Made by a program: the position numbers and the translations under genes. The notes under the pieces are model-generated. The model was not told the DNA's origin, ran no database searches, and worked only from the letters and a program-made list of their open reading frames with translations. Source: Octopus sinensis (lineage: Eukaryota). Taken from it: 64,000 nucleotides of DNA. The stretch lies in contig NC_043003.1 in assembly GCF_006345805.1 (NCBI RefSeq), positions 107,508,001 through 107,572,000 on the forward strand, given 5' to 3'. Below are positions 12,536 to 24,149 of the stretch, one piece after another. Every line of letters begins with the position of its first letter. The first letter of the stretch is position 1.

Positions 12536-14101
12536 TATATATATATTTATAAAATGAATAAACATTCAAAAATATTTATATAGATATTATTATTAATTAT
12601 TATCATTGGTAAAATGAATAATAGCAACAATAATATAGGTGGTCAATTAGCAAAAGCCTATAAATGGTAAATCCAAAATTTTATTATCATAATAGTGCAC
12701 ATTTTGTGCCTGCAATGTTGTGAAAATCAGGGTCAAAAAATCCTCTAAGAAAACCCCTAATCACTGGAAAAATAACAAGTAGAACAGAAATCGGGCTCGA
12801 GCAAAGAAATTACCATCTTGGCAGACAGCCATAGAATGAGGAAATGGATATCCTTGGATCAATTTATTATATATATACATGGGCTTTTTTTAGTTTCCAT
12901 TTGCCAAATCCACTCACAAGGCTTTGTTAGGCCCAACGCTATAGCAGATGATGGTGGTGCTATGCAATGAGACTGAACCTGGAACCATTTGATTGCATTG
13001 CAAAGTTCTTACCACACAGCCATGCCTATATATATATATATAAATAAAATTTTTTCTGAATCATATATACTTCTGTTTTTTTAATATTGTCATCAGTCAT
13101 TAATAAATGTATAAAGACATGTCTATGCTTCAATGGGGAGGTCCAATGAAACTGAAACACCCTCTGTTCTTTACCTGTTAAAAGGATTAAAATGACATTA
13201 GCTAAGCTAATGTAGTCTTTACTTCATTTATAAGTTATTCTAATTAGGCGTCAGAAAATACAGTTTCATCTGGAATACACACTTTTGTGACATGTCCGCA
13301 AGAAAAAGAATGCAGACATATATATCTCAACTCGATGGAGTTCATCGTTTGTGTTTTCATATTGACATGTACTCTTCCATATTTGCCTGGAATTTGTTGA
13401 GGTAATTTTTTTTTCTACAGCTGGATGCCATACTCGTTGCCAACCCTCAGCTGTTTCCAAGGAAGGTGATATTTCCCATGGTCAGGCATGTTTTCTTTTT
13501 ACAGAAGACTGGAAAGGAACAGCATCACTTTATGACAGATATGCTCATTTACAACTATAGCACGATTTTAAAACAGGGCGGGCGACATAACCAACTCAAA
13601 TACACATATGTGAAGGCCTTCTTTCAGTTTTCATCTTCTACAGTCCAGAGCTTTGATCAGCCTGGGACAGTGGTAGAAGACACTTGCTCAAGGTGTCACA
13701 CAGTGGGTCTGAGGTTGAAACCGTACAGTTGGGAACTGAACTTCTTAATCACATATCCATATCATACATAATATACAACTTGCATGCAACAGTAGATTAA
13801 TTGTTAAGTATGTTTATTCACTTAATTATTTTATGGCTTAGTCACAGGAGTAAGAGTTAATTTTTTATAGAATAAGTTCCTTCCACCATCCTCAATCTGA
13901 TGACCTGGCCTAATTGTCCAAAATGGTGGAATCTGCTAATGGTACCAATGGACTGGGTGTGTGTTAAACCAAGTGACAGAATCAGTCTACCTACTCATAA
14001 CATGAATGGCTCTCAACCTGAAGTTATCTTTAGATGATCTTATCAGAAAAATTATATTTTCAGATACCTAGTAATGAAATTTGTTTTTGTTTTATGATGT
14101 T

Positions 14102-14132
<31 letters not shown>

Positions 14133-14559
14133 TTTAGAACAGAGCCTACCATTATTCTGTTATTCCTTTTTGAAGAATTCATTTTTGTAGTGTATTTTAA
14201 TCTGTATTCTCTCCTGTTCTCACCTTCTTGTGGCTTGAAAATATGCTCTGGCACCTCATCACCACCATCTTTATCCCATCACTAGTGAGACACCTGTGCT
14301 TGTTCTTCTATGATACTTTAGCCTTTCAATACTTGGCATAAAGCCACCTCCTCTCTCAAATGCATTCTCACTCATTTGAGGCATCTCTTTCTTTTTTCTC
14401 TGTCTTATAAGTTACTTGGTAACCTCATTAGTGCCAGCACCATGAAAAAAGCACCTTGTACACTTTGTAAGGGCATCAAGCCATAGAAGGGCATCAAGCC
14501 ATAGAAATCATACTAGAACTGACATTGGAGCTTGATGCAGCCCTGCAGCTCATTGGATT

Positions 14560-14958
14560 CTGTTGGCACTCGAGCCCTGTGCTAATAGGGTATTAAGAGC
14601 ACCATCCAAGCGTGATCGTTGCCAGAGCGACTATCTGGCTTCTGTGCTGGTGGCATGTAAAAAACACCATTCGAGCGTGATCGTTACCAGCATCGCCTTA
14701 CTGGCACCTGTACCGGTGGCATGTGTAAAAGATTCGGGTGAGGTCGTTGCCAGTACCGCCTGACTGGCCCCGTGCTGGTGGCACGTAAAAGCACCCACTA
14801 CACTCTCGGAGTGGTTGGCATTAGGAAGGGCATCCAGCTGTAGAAATTCTGCCAGATCAAGATTGAAGTCTGGTGCAGCCATCTGGTTTGCCAGCCCTTG
14901 CTCATTCGTCCAACCCATGCTAGCATGGAAAGCGGACATTAAACGATGATGATGATGT
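14560..14958 (+). mobile_element. Truncated RTE-LINE 3' end / RTE-related SINE
   Basis: ...CCAACCCATGCTAGCATGGAAAGCGGAC...(GAT)n tail; further copies at ~24895-25245, ~50935-51378 (+) and ~58335-58650 (-). Confidence 0.75.
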
Positions 14959-15614
14959 TCAAACCATTGCCAGCATGGAAAATGGACATTAAATGTTGAT
15001 TCAATCATTTTACACCCATTTTTCCATGCTGGCTTGGGTTGACAGTTACATATTGAATGTTTTATTGTGGGATGCCCTTTCTGCAGCTAACACTTACCTG
15101 TTTTCAAGTAAGGGATTTATGTCTTATTATTAGCAAGAGGTTAATATTATATTATCATCTCATAATAACATGACTTCAATCAGTCTGAAAGAATTGTTAG
15201 TTGAAAATGAATGGCAGCAACAAATGCAGTAAATGCAAAGTTAGGTTGTTGTTGTTTAGCTCCAGGTTCCACCTGTTGAAGTAGACATGTAGTTAATGGT
15301 ATTCCAGCTATGATAATCCCATTTTTTTTTCACCTGCATTTGAACTAGTTTATACGATGTGATAAAGAGAGAATTCCTATATGGTCATTTGACCTGCAAG
15401 AAATAACAACCTAGTATCTATCATATCACAACTCACTGTTTAAAAAATAATCCATAGTACATTAATTTACAAAAGAACAAGATGGTCACATCTGGAACAC
15501 TTTTGAGAATAGATCCATTAAACAACATTTTATTAAATATTGAACATTACATAATACAACAAACTTTTAGGGAGTCAAATATCACAGTATTGTCCAAGCT
15601 TTAGTACTTTCTTT

Positions 15615-15910
15615 TTTTTTCCTTTTACTTGTTTCAGTCATTTGACTGTGGCCATGCTGGAGCACCGCCTTTAGTCGAGAAAATCGACCCCAGGGCTTAT
15701 TCTTTGTAAGCCTAGTACTAATTCTTTCGGTCTCTTTTACATATATATATGACGGGCTTCTTTCAGTTTCCATCTACCAAATCCACTCACAAGGCTTTGG
15801 TTGGCCCGAGGCTATAGTAGAAGACACTTGCCCAAGGTGCCACGCAGTGGGACTGAACCCGGAACCATGTGGTTGGTAAGCAAGCTACTTACCACACAGC
15901 CACTCCTACG
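15615..15910 (-). mobile_element. tRNA-derived SINE (abundant family, representative copy)
   Basis: Minus strand GAGTGGCTGTGTGGTAAG...GGGTTCAGTCCCAC (A/B-box-like). Other copies near 7570-7935, 24205-24557, 28675-29045, 36370-36745, 50145-50525, 53710-54100, 61370-61762. Confidence 0.8.
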
Positions 15911-16317
15911 CCTTATAAATTAAAAATAAACATCTAATTCCATATATAGAATGCCCTAAATTTAACTATTCTAATTGAGAAGGTCTTGAAGAGACAACAA
16001 ATAGAATGAATGACAGCCAGTTTAAGAGAAATGGTTAAAATGAAGTCTGATTGGGTATACAACACCTTTTTAAAATATTGAAACAGTTTGCTATGCTCAC
16101 ATTTTTAAGCACTTCATTTTAGTCATACATATTTTAATATTTTTTTACCCATTCTTTGTGAAGTGGTAAGTGTTTAGCAAGCAGAATTCATGACCAAGAT
16201 TTGAATCTTCATCATCAGTTTGTCATTTTTGTACTCTAAGAAAATATATCACACTCTCGTTATTGCAACCTTATAATCTATGATTATAAAGATACATTGC
16301 AGTTCTTTTTTTTATAG

Positions 16318-16604
16318 GTACCCATATTGTGTCTGATATTTGGACTGAACCTCTTCAAATTGACCAGATCCAACAAGGTATATATACTCATGAATATGTA
16401 GATTACAATGATCCAGAAGATACAGAAATCTACATCAGAAATATAGACAGAATGTGGCAGAGAGTAAAAATACATTTTCAAAGAAAACATAAGACATTCT
16501 TATTTCAATCATTTTTAACAGAATTCATGTGGAGATCTCACTTTAAAAATAATGATAAATTTGCTGCTCTAATTTACTGTATCAAACATTTGTATAAAGT
16601 TTAA
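16318..16604 (+). CDS. Merlin-derived gene, coding exon 2 (to stop; spliced CDS 984 nt = 327 aa)
   Basis: Polypyrimidine TTTTTTTTATAG|GT acceptor restores the G of LPG|THIVSDIW; continues ...NIDRMWQRVK...FLTEFMWR...IKHLYKV*, the Merlin C-terminal catalytic half. Confidence 0.9.
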
Positions 16605-16610
16605 AATAAA
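16605..16610 (+). promoter_or_regulatory. Candidate polyadenylation signal AATAAA
   Basis: AATAAA immediately after TAA; the paralog also has TAATAAA at its stop (26739-26745). Confidence 0.4.
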
Positions 16611-18869
16611 GTTGTTATATTTTTATTTATAAATTAACTTTTAAGTCTAACTCTGTATAGAAGCATAGTTAGTTTCCAGTAGAAGTACAGCTGCTCTTTA
16701 GTAAAACCTTTATCTGTGTGGGGGATATCTGAACTTCTTTATCTCACCTAGATTGAAATGTGCCTGTTAGGCTGCTCCTATATTATCCTCATTTCTTCCT
16801 AATTTAACTTCTAATTACACCCTGAGATGTCCTCACCTTACACTCTACCTTAACTTATCTAGATATAACTTCACCTCTTACCCACAGATTAGTTTATATT
16901 CCATGGTTAGAAATCTTAAATCATCCTATGCTTCTAATGTCTTGAAATCATAAACTTGTTTAACAATACTACATTGCAGCTACTCAGTCTGAACGACAAT
17001 TCTGAATCATTATTACTCTTGAACAGCACAAAAACTATTAGATTCCCTACAATCTTCAATGTCTGCTCATGGCTATTATGTACTCTTAACTTTGTTAAGT
17101 TATCTTCCCTATAATTTTGGATAAAAATACAACATGATATAATATAGAATCATTATTACTGATGAACAGCCCAAACAAAGCCTTTATGTTCTCTTAACTC
17201 GTAACATAGAGATAACTCTGTCAAATGTAATGCTTATTTGCTTACATTATTTTGAATTGGTTGAGATTTTTATAGAATTGTTTATTTTTAGAATAAGATT
17301 CTAGGGTAGGTGTGAGAGGACAGATCTGGATGGTTTGAACTTATAACTAGTAGGGTGAGTTTCAATCCTAATGGCTTAAATCTCTCCTCTCTACTACACA
17401 CTCTTCACATTATTAAGATAGTTTCCCTGTAGCTGAATCCCATTTTTCTAAGTCAGAAAATATATCCAGCTTAAAAGCTGTTTGAGATCCTGCACTAGAC
17501 TCACGCATTCACTTGGATCCCACTTATTAGGAACTGCATTCTACTCGTACAAGAGCATTTAGTTCATCTTCTTCAACCAATTCTAGAATGGTGTCTTCTC
17601 AAAACTTGCTGACTTATATCCTGTTACTGTCACAGGGCTGTGGCATCATGGTTGAGGGTAAGTTACAAATAACGTTTAAACTCAGCAAAAGATTTGTACA
17701 TCAATGGAAGAATAGTCCTTGAAGAGGATTAGTGATTTATAGGAATTGAAATATAATATAGAAACATGAAAAGTGTGAGCAACTAGAATGTTCGAGCCAC
17801 TTTAGTCGCTTCAAATTTTGTATACATTTTGCAATTTTGGTCTGCAGGTGTTGTTTGACTCCAGGTCCACACTAAGTGAGCAGGTATATCATCCAAGATA
17901 TTCCTGACCATTTTATCTTTTTAAAAGTATTTGAAACAACATCATAAAATGTATCCTTATTTAAAGATAAGATGAAGAATGATTTGACTATTTCAAATAG
18001 GTCCAGCAACTAATTAGAGCTATGGTTCTCAACTGGGGTCCATATAAGATTTTTGGGGATACCTGCAAGCAAAGTAGTAAATTGGGGATGCACGGTAGTA
18101 CTTTAAGGGTCCATGAAAAATTTTGCTTTAGATGTATTTATCAAAAGAAACTGCTGTGTTTCTTTTTCTAACATTTTATATCATCCAACCCATACAAGTT
18201 AATGTGTGAAGAACAAAATAAGAATTTTGAAAGAAATATCTATAGAACTAGTTCTTAAGCATCAGATGGCTATGTGGTCTGTCAGAGTAAAACAGTAACC
18301 AATGAGGTCCATAGGTAAAAAATGGTTCTATAAGACTGGAATTTTGGAATATGCACATAAAAATCAGTAGTATGGGATACATGTGGCACGATTACAATTT
18401 TTTTAGGGGGTATACAGAGGAAAAGAACCCTCATCTGCAATTTTGATGAAATTCGAAACACAGGTATTCCAGTTCATTACAAAAATATAACAGAAAAGTC
18501 TAATTCTTCAATTGCATGTAACACGGGCAACGCCGGGTATCTCTGCTAGTCTAATTATATTTCCTAGATTCGTAATCTCTATTTTTCTACATAGATAACA
18601 AAAAAAAAGTTAAAAAAAGTTACAAATTAAGAAATTGCAGGGAGGATGGTGGGAAAATTAAAATTTTGAAAATGTGATTTCTGGACAAAATCATATTAAC
18701 TCCCTTTTATACGATGAAAGAATACATAGTTTGTGATCCTTCTTAAGAACAGAAAGCACTTGCAAACCCATGCAAATTGTACCCTCCCCCTTCACTTTTA
18801 AAGAAACAGTAACTTCCATTATGCCATTAACTATATATCAGTGGTGCTGATGCTGCTTGTTTGTTTGTT

Positions 18870-19230
18870 TGTTGAGCGAAGCGGTCTTCGTTTCTAGTGG
18901 GAGAAGTCCGAAACATGGTCCTTTGCTATTCGTAAGACCTGCAGAAGAGAAAGCAGGTCAACCCCCGACACCGAGAGCATCGACAGATGGATGAATGCGC
19001 ATCCAGGCTCAGCGATTGTGTAGGAAGTCAGGGACAAGAAACAGGAAGAGAGAGTGAGAGAAAGTTGGAGCAAAAGAGTACAACAGGGGTCGCCACCACC
19101 CCCTGCTGGAGCCTTGTGGGGCTTTAGGTGTTTTCGCTCAATAAATATACACAACACCCAGTCTGGGAATCGAAACCGTGATCCTCCGACCGCGAGTTTG
19201 CTGCCCTAACCACTGAGCCATTGCGCCTCC
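18870..19230 (-). mobile_element. tRNA-derived SINE (second family)
   Basis: Head GGAGGCGCAATGGCTCAGTGGTTAGGGCAG...GGTTTCGATTCCC on minus strand; near-identical to 31110-31487. Confidence 0.8.
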
Positions 19231-20144
19231 TGCTGATGCTGCCCATAAGAAAGCAGCAAATAATACAATGTGCCTATAGGTCATAACACCTGGGCAACAC
19301 TGGGATGCATTGCTAGTATGTGTGTATGTGTGTGTGTGTGTGTATAGTTAAAATTTACTGAAAAACAAAAGACGAAGACAAGATTATAAACAACAAACAA
19401 GTATATTAGTTTAATGCTTGGGAAGGTGAGAAAGTCTTCTACATTTCGAGCCTATGCTCTTCAACAGAAATCGGCATTGTTAAATTTTCCCCCCCTTTCC
19501 TCCCAAATTCTTCAACTGTGACTTTTTCCCCAACATTAACCCTAACTCTAACCCTAATCCTAAATCCCCTAACCCTAACTGTAACTACAGAAATATTTTG
19601 AAATTTTTGTCCGAATCATGTCTGTATTTTTCCGCTTATTTAGAAAAAAATACAAAATTCTTCAAAAAAAATTTTACAAAAATTTTTGGAAATTCTTTTC
19701 AGAATCATAATCTCCATATCTTTCCGCATATTTTGAAAAAAAAATTCTGAAAAAAAGTAATAAAAAAAAAAATTAAGGAAATGGGGGTAATTTTAATATG
19801 CCAATTTTTGTCAATTTTTTTACAGGTTCGTATTCCCCGAAGCCGAAAAGTGGGGTTTGTGTCTAAAAAAGAAAAAAATTTTAAGAGGTTATTTGGGAGG
19901 GGGCACGGAAGTCTTACTGTGACGAGTAACGGCGGGACGGGTGCGGGGAGAGAGAGAGCAGAGGAACGGTCCACGGAACGTGCTCTGGCAAAGGTGGTGT
20001 GGATAGTGGTGAGGGGATATCCACAAAAGATGAAGTGGCGAGCCATGAGTCGTGACTGAGTCACACGTGTGGTAAGAAGCTTGCTTCCCAACCATGTGGT
20101 ATTTTTGTTTGGTCCACTGAGCTGCACCTTCTGCAAGTATCTTC

Positions 20145-20555
20145 GGACCTTTTCGGTTTGAACGGCAGTTTTTTTCTAGCGGTGTCATATGAAATTGTCA
20201 CCCATAATTACGACCCTAGTATCGATCTACTGCATTTCAATCTGTTTTAGGGTTAGAGGTAGGGAGGAAGGGTATCTTTTTTTCTTCAGAAATGTAAATA
20301 AACCCAATCTGTTTCTTAAACGAGGGACATATTCATACGGCACAGAATGTTTTCACCTCAATAAACGTCATTGATTGGTTGAAATTGAAGAAAAAAAACA
20401 ACAAACATCTTACAAACTATAGAATTTTCTCAATAAAGCCAAGAGAAAAAGATGTTTTATAAACACATTCTACCAGTATACGAGTATATGAAGTTTAAAA
20501 TTTTTTAGTTACCTAGAAATTATGTAAAAAACTGCCGTTCAAACCGAAAAGATCC
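20145..20555. mobile_element. Merlin-type MITE (411 bp)
   Basis: ~30-bp TIR GGA(C/T)CTTTTCGGTTTGAACGGCAGTTTTTT; perfect 8-bp TSD GTATCTTC (20137-20144 / 20556-20563); interrupts a SINE. Confidence 0.85.
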
Positions 20556-21111
20556 GTATCTTCCATTATAGTCCTGGGTAGACCAAAGACTTGAGTGGAT
20601 TTAGTAGACAAAAACCAAAATCAAAACAAAAAGTCATGTGTGTGTACATAGCGATGTGATTTATGTCGAATTATCTCCCTTGTTATATATTCGCTACAAA
20701 CTTGAGTAGCAACCGTTACTAAGTAAAACGGAACCTTAGAATTGATATTCTAATATTTAAAAATTTAATTGTTTATACTTAATTACAGAAAATTAATGCC
20801 CAGACTTATGAGTTATTCCACAATTAAGGTTCAACTGAAGTTAAAGGAACTGACATTATATCAAATTTGTGTAGGGAACTGATAACAAGAAGCAAATTGC
20901 AAGAAATTGCTAATAATTTTTATCAACCCATAAAAGCATCTGCATAAGTGGATTTCAATACTAATTAAAAAATTTATTTATATTTTATTATAACATTTGC
21001 TTTCTTCATTATGCAGAACAATTTATACGGAACTATCACTTTATTCTGGGTATTTGTTTCATATAAAGATTTGCTTTAAAAATATATTTTTATTTTCGAA
21101 TGTCTAACGAA

Positions 21112-21807
21112 ATGCCTCGCGGAAGACCATCAAACCCCAAACGATTTGCGCAGACATTGTTGATGACGAAAAAATTAGGCAAGAATCATGGACATTTTAT
21201 GATCTCTTTCAACAAATTTCCACAAATGATATAGCAATTACATGGTTGGCGAAATATAAACTTATAAGCAATTCTGTTAGATGTTCCGTTTGTGGAAAGC
21301 CTTGTACAATTAACGTCATCAAGAGAAGTATTGATGGAATCTGATGGCGATGTCCCCAGCATAACTTCTCACGATCAATCCGCAAAGGATCCTTCTTTGA
21401 GAAAAGTCACCTCTCGCTGACAACATTCATATGGCTTATGTATATGTGGTCAAGGGATTACCAACATTCTGAAATGACCCATGAAACAAACGTCAATAAA
21501 AATTCAACAACTGATATGTTTCGCCTCATCCGAGAACTACTTGAACGATTTCTGGAAGACCATCCGACTGAATTAGGTGACGACCCACCAGAGATTGGTG
21601 GGTTCGATCTACAGACAGGTGAACCAAAAGTCGTTGAAATAGATGTCACTAAATTAGTTAAATCTAAGCGTAATGAGAAAAAACACGAGAAAGAATTTTG
21701 GATTTTTGGTGGAATTGAAGGCGGAACTGATAAATGTTTTCTGGTGCCTATTGAGCATCAAAATAAAGAAGCTTTCGAAGCTGCAATTATCCGATGGATA
21801 TTACCAG
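21112..21807 (+). pseudogene. Paralog of the Merlin-derived gene, exon 1 (pseudogenised)
   Basis: Colinear with 6285-6981; 1-nt deletion near 21142-21150, TGA at 21342-21344 (CGA in copy 1), same CCA G|GTATGG donor. Confidence 0.88.
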
Positions 21808-22384
21808 GTATGGTTAATAAATAAAGTTTCTAGTCTTCTCTTATCGGTTCTCCTCCTCAGATTATTAAACCTCGACTATTTTCCCGTCTGACTTTTTACT
21901 TCCGCTTCGGCTTTTTGTTTAAATTCTGAATAAGTTTCCATGGTAACATTTTATCAATATTTGTGTTCCTTGTCTCAATTGAATTTCTGTCGTTTCAATA
22001 ATGTGTTGTTCATCCTTTGTTTCTTCATAGATTTCTCAATACTTTGTTATTTAACGAAATTTTGCAGAGACTTATTTTCGATGGTGTAGGTGACGAATAT
22101 GTTGATAGAATTTTTAAAAGAAATCTTTTATTCAGAAAGAAAAGAAATTATGTCATTTGAACGTTATTTCTATGAAATTTCATCAATATATATATATCCG
22201 TTTACCTGAAAGTTGTGAGGGAATAATCGGATCTTGTGAATTTTCGAAAAGTCTTCTCCCCACCCGTTCGTTTGCGCAAACTTTTGTTTTCATATTCGTC
22301 CTCTACACATTTTTTTTTACATCTATTGACTTTTTTTTTTGGTGACCGGGAGTTAAACCATATATCAACCAGAAATTCATGCTC

Positions 22385-22785
22385 GCATCTTTTCGGTTTG
22401 AACGGCAGTTTTTTCTAGCGGTGTCATATGAAATTGTCACCCATAATTATGACCCTAGTATCGATCTATTGCATTTCAATCTGTTTTAGGGGTGGGGGAA
22501 GGGTATTTTTTTTTCAGAAATGTAAATAAACCCAATCTGTTTCTTAAACGAGAGACATATTCATACGGCACAGAATGTTTTCACTTCAATAGACGTCATT
22601 GATTGGTTGAAATTGCAGAAATTGAAAAAAAAAAAAACAACAAACATCTTACAAACCATAGAATTTCTCAATAAAGCCAAGAGAAAAAGATGTTTTATAA
22701 ACACATTCTACAAGTATAATAAGTTTTAAAGTGTTTAGTTACGTGGAAATTATTTTAAAAACTGCCGTTTGAACCAAAAAGATTC
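22385..22785. mobile_element. Merlin-type MITE, older copy
   Basis: Colinear with 20145-20555; TIRs with substitutions, TSD no longer recognisable. Confidence 0.8.
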
Positions 22786-22843
22786 GCTTTCTCTTCCGAA
22801 CTGACAGTTGACAAGACACGTGATCCCGGAAACAACCGAATTC

Positions 22844-23645
22844 GGATCTTTTCCTTTTGAACGGCACTTTGTAACATAATTTCTAGGTAACTAAAAAGTT
22901 TTAAACTTCGTATACTGGTAGAATGTGTTTATAAAACATCATTTTCTCTTGGCTTTATTGAGAAAACTCTATAGGTTGTAAGATATTTTGTCTTTAATTT
23001 CGAGCATTTCGGCAATTTTAACCAATCGCTGATGTCCATTTAAGTAAATAACATTCTGTGCATAATGAATATGTTCCTCCTTTAAGAAACAGATTGGGTT
23101 TATTTACATTTGTGAAGAAAAAAAAGATACTCTTCCCTAACCCCTAACCCTAACCCTAAATCTAAAATAGATTGAAATGCAATAGATCGATACTAGGGCC
23201 ATAATTATGGGTGACATTTTCATTTGACACCGCTAGAAAAAAATCCCATTTTCCGTAGCGGTGTCGTATGAAATTGTCACCCATAATTATAACCCTAGTA
23301 TCGATCTATTGCATTTCAATCTATTTTAGATTTAGGGTAAGAGTTAGGGTTGGGGAAAGGTACCTTTTTTTCTTCACAAATGTAAATAAGCCCAATCTGT
23401 TTCTTAAAGGAGGGACATATTCATTATGCACAGAATGTTATTTACCTAAATGGACGTCAGCGATTGGTTAAAATTGCCGAAATGCTCAAAATTAAAGACG
23501 AAATATGTTACAACATATAGAATTTTCTCAATAAAACCAAGAAAAAATGATGTTTTATAAACACATTCTACCGGTATATGAAGATTAAAACTTTTTAGTT
23601 ACCTAGAAATTATGTTACAAAGTGCCGTTCAAAAGGAAAAGATCC
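22844..23645. mobile_element. Palindromic (fold-back) Merlin-type MITE, 802 bp
   Basis: Two inverted ~390-bp arms related to the 411-bp MITE; termini GGATCTTTTCCTTTTGAACGGCAC; 8-bp TSD CCGAATTC (22836-22843 / 23646-23653). Confidence 0.88.
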
Positions 23646-23871
23646 CCGAATTCATTGTTTACATTACTTCGAGTCAAAACGAAAGATTGCCAAAATGTGA
23701 ATTATCAAGAAAGTTATGAGAAAATAAATTCGAGCTTGGGATACTGTCATTGCCCTTCCCGACATACCTACACATATGCCCCCGAATCCGGATTCGTTTC
23801 TTCAATGCTTTCAGAGAAATGGATAGGGGTGGGACACAATGAGAATGCTGAGGTTTTGACTTAGAGAAAAA

Positions 23872-24050
23872 GGATCTTTTCGGTTTGACCGGCAGTTTTT
23901 CTAGCAGTGTCATATGAAATTGTCACCCATAATTATGACCCTAGTATCGATCTATTGCATTTCAATCTGTTTTAGAGTTAGGGTTAGGGGTGGGGGGAAG
24001 GGTGTTTTTTTTTCTTCACAAATGTAAATAAACCCAATCTGTTTCTTAAA
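23872..24050. mobile_element. Merlin-type MITE, truncated left end
   Basis: GGATCTTTTCGGTTTGACCGGCAG start, colinear with 20145-20320, then breaks off. Confidence 0.8.
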
Positions 24051-24149
24051 CTATATCAGCTAAGCAAATTACTTTCTGTCAATGCATTAAAAACATTATA
24101 ACATGAACTGATCACTATTTCAGAAAATTATCCCTGGTCTGAGCAAATT

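Noticed and set aside
17531-17657. Open AG..GTAAGT-bounded segment encoding a signal-peptide-like stretch (MVSSQNLLTYILLLSQGCGIMVE)
   Set aside because: No recognisable homology or partner exons; may be chance.
19472-19802. Possible second GG-terminated TIR element (GGCATTGTTAAATTTTCCCC / GGGGTAATTTTAATATGCC) as a boundary of the Merlin locus
   Set aside because: Imperfect match, no TSD, and it does not bracket either transposase-derived gene.
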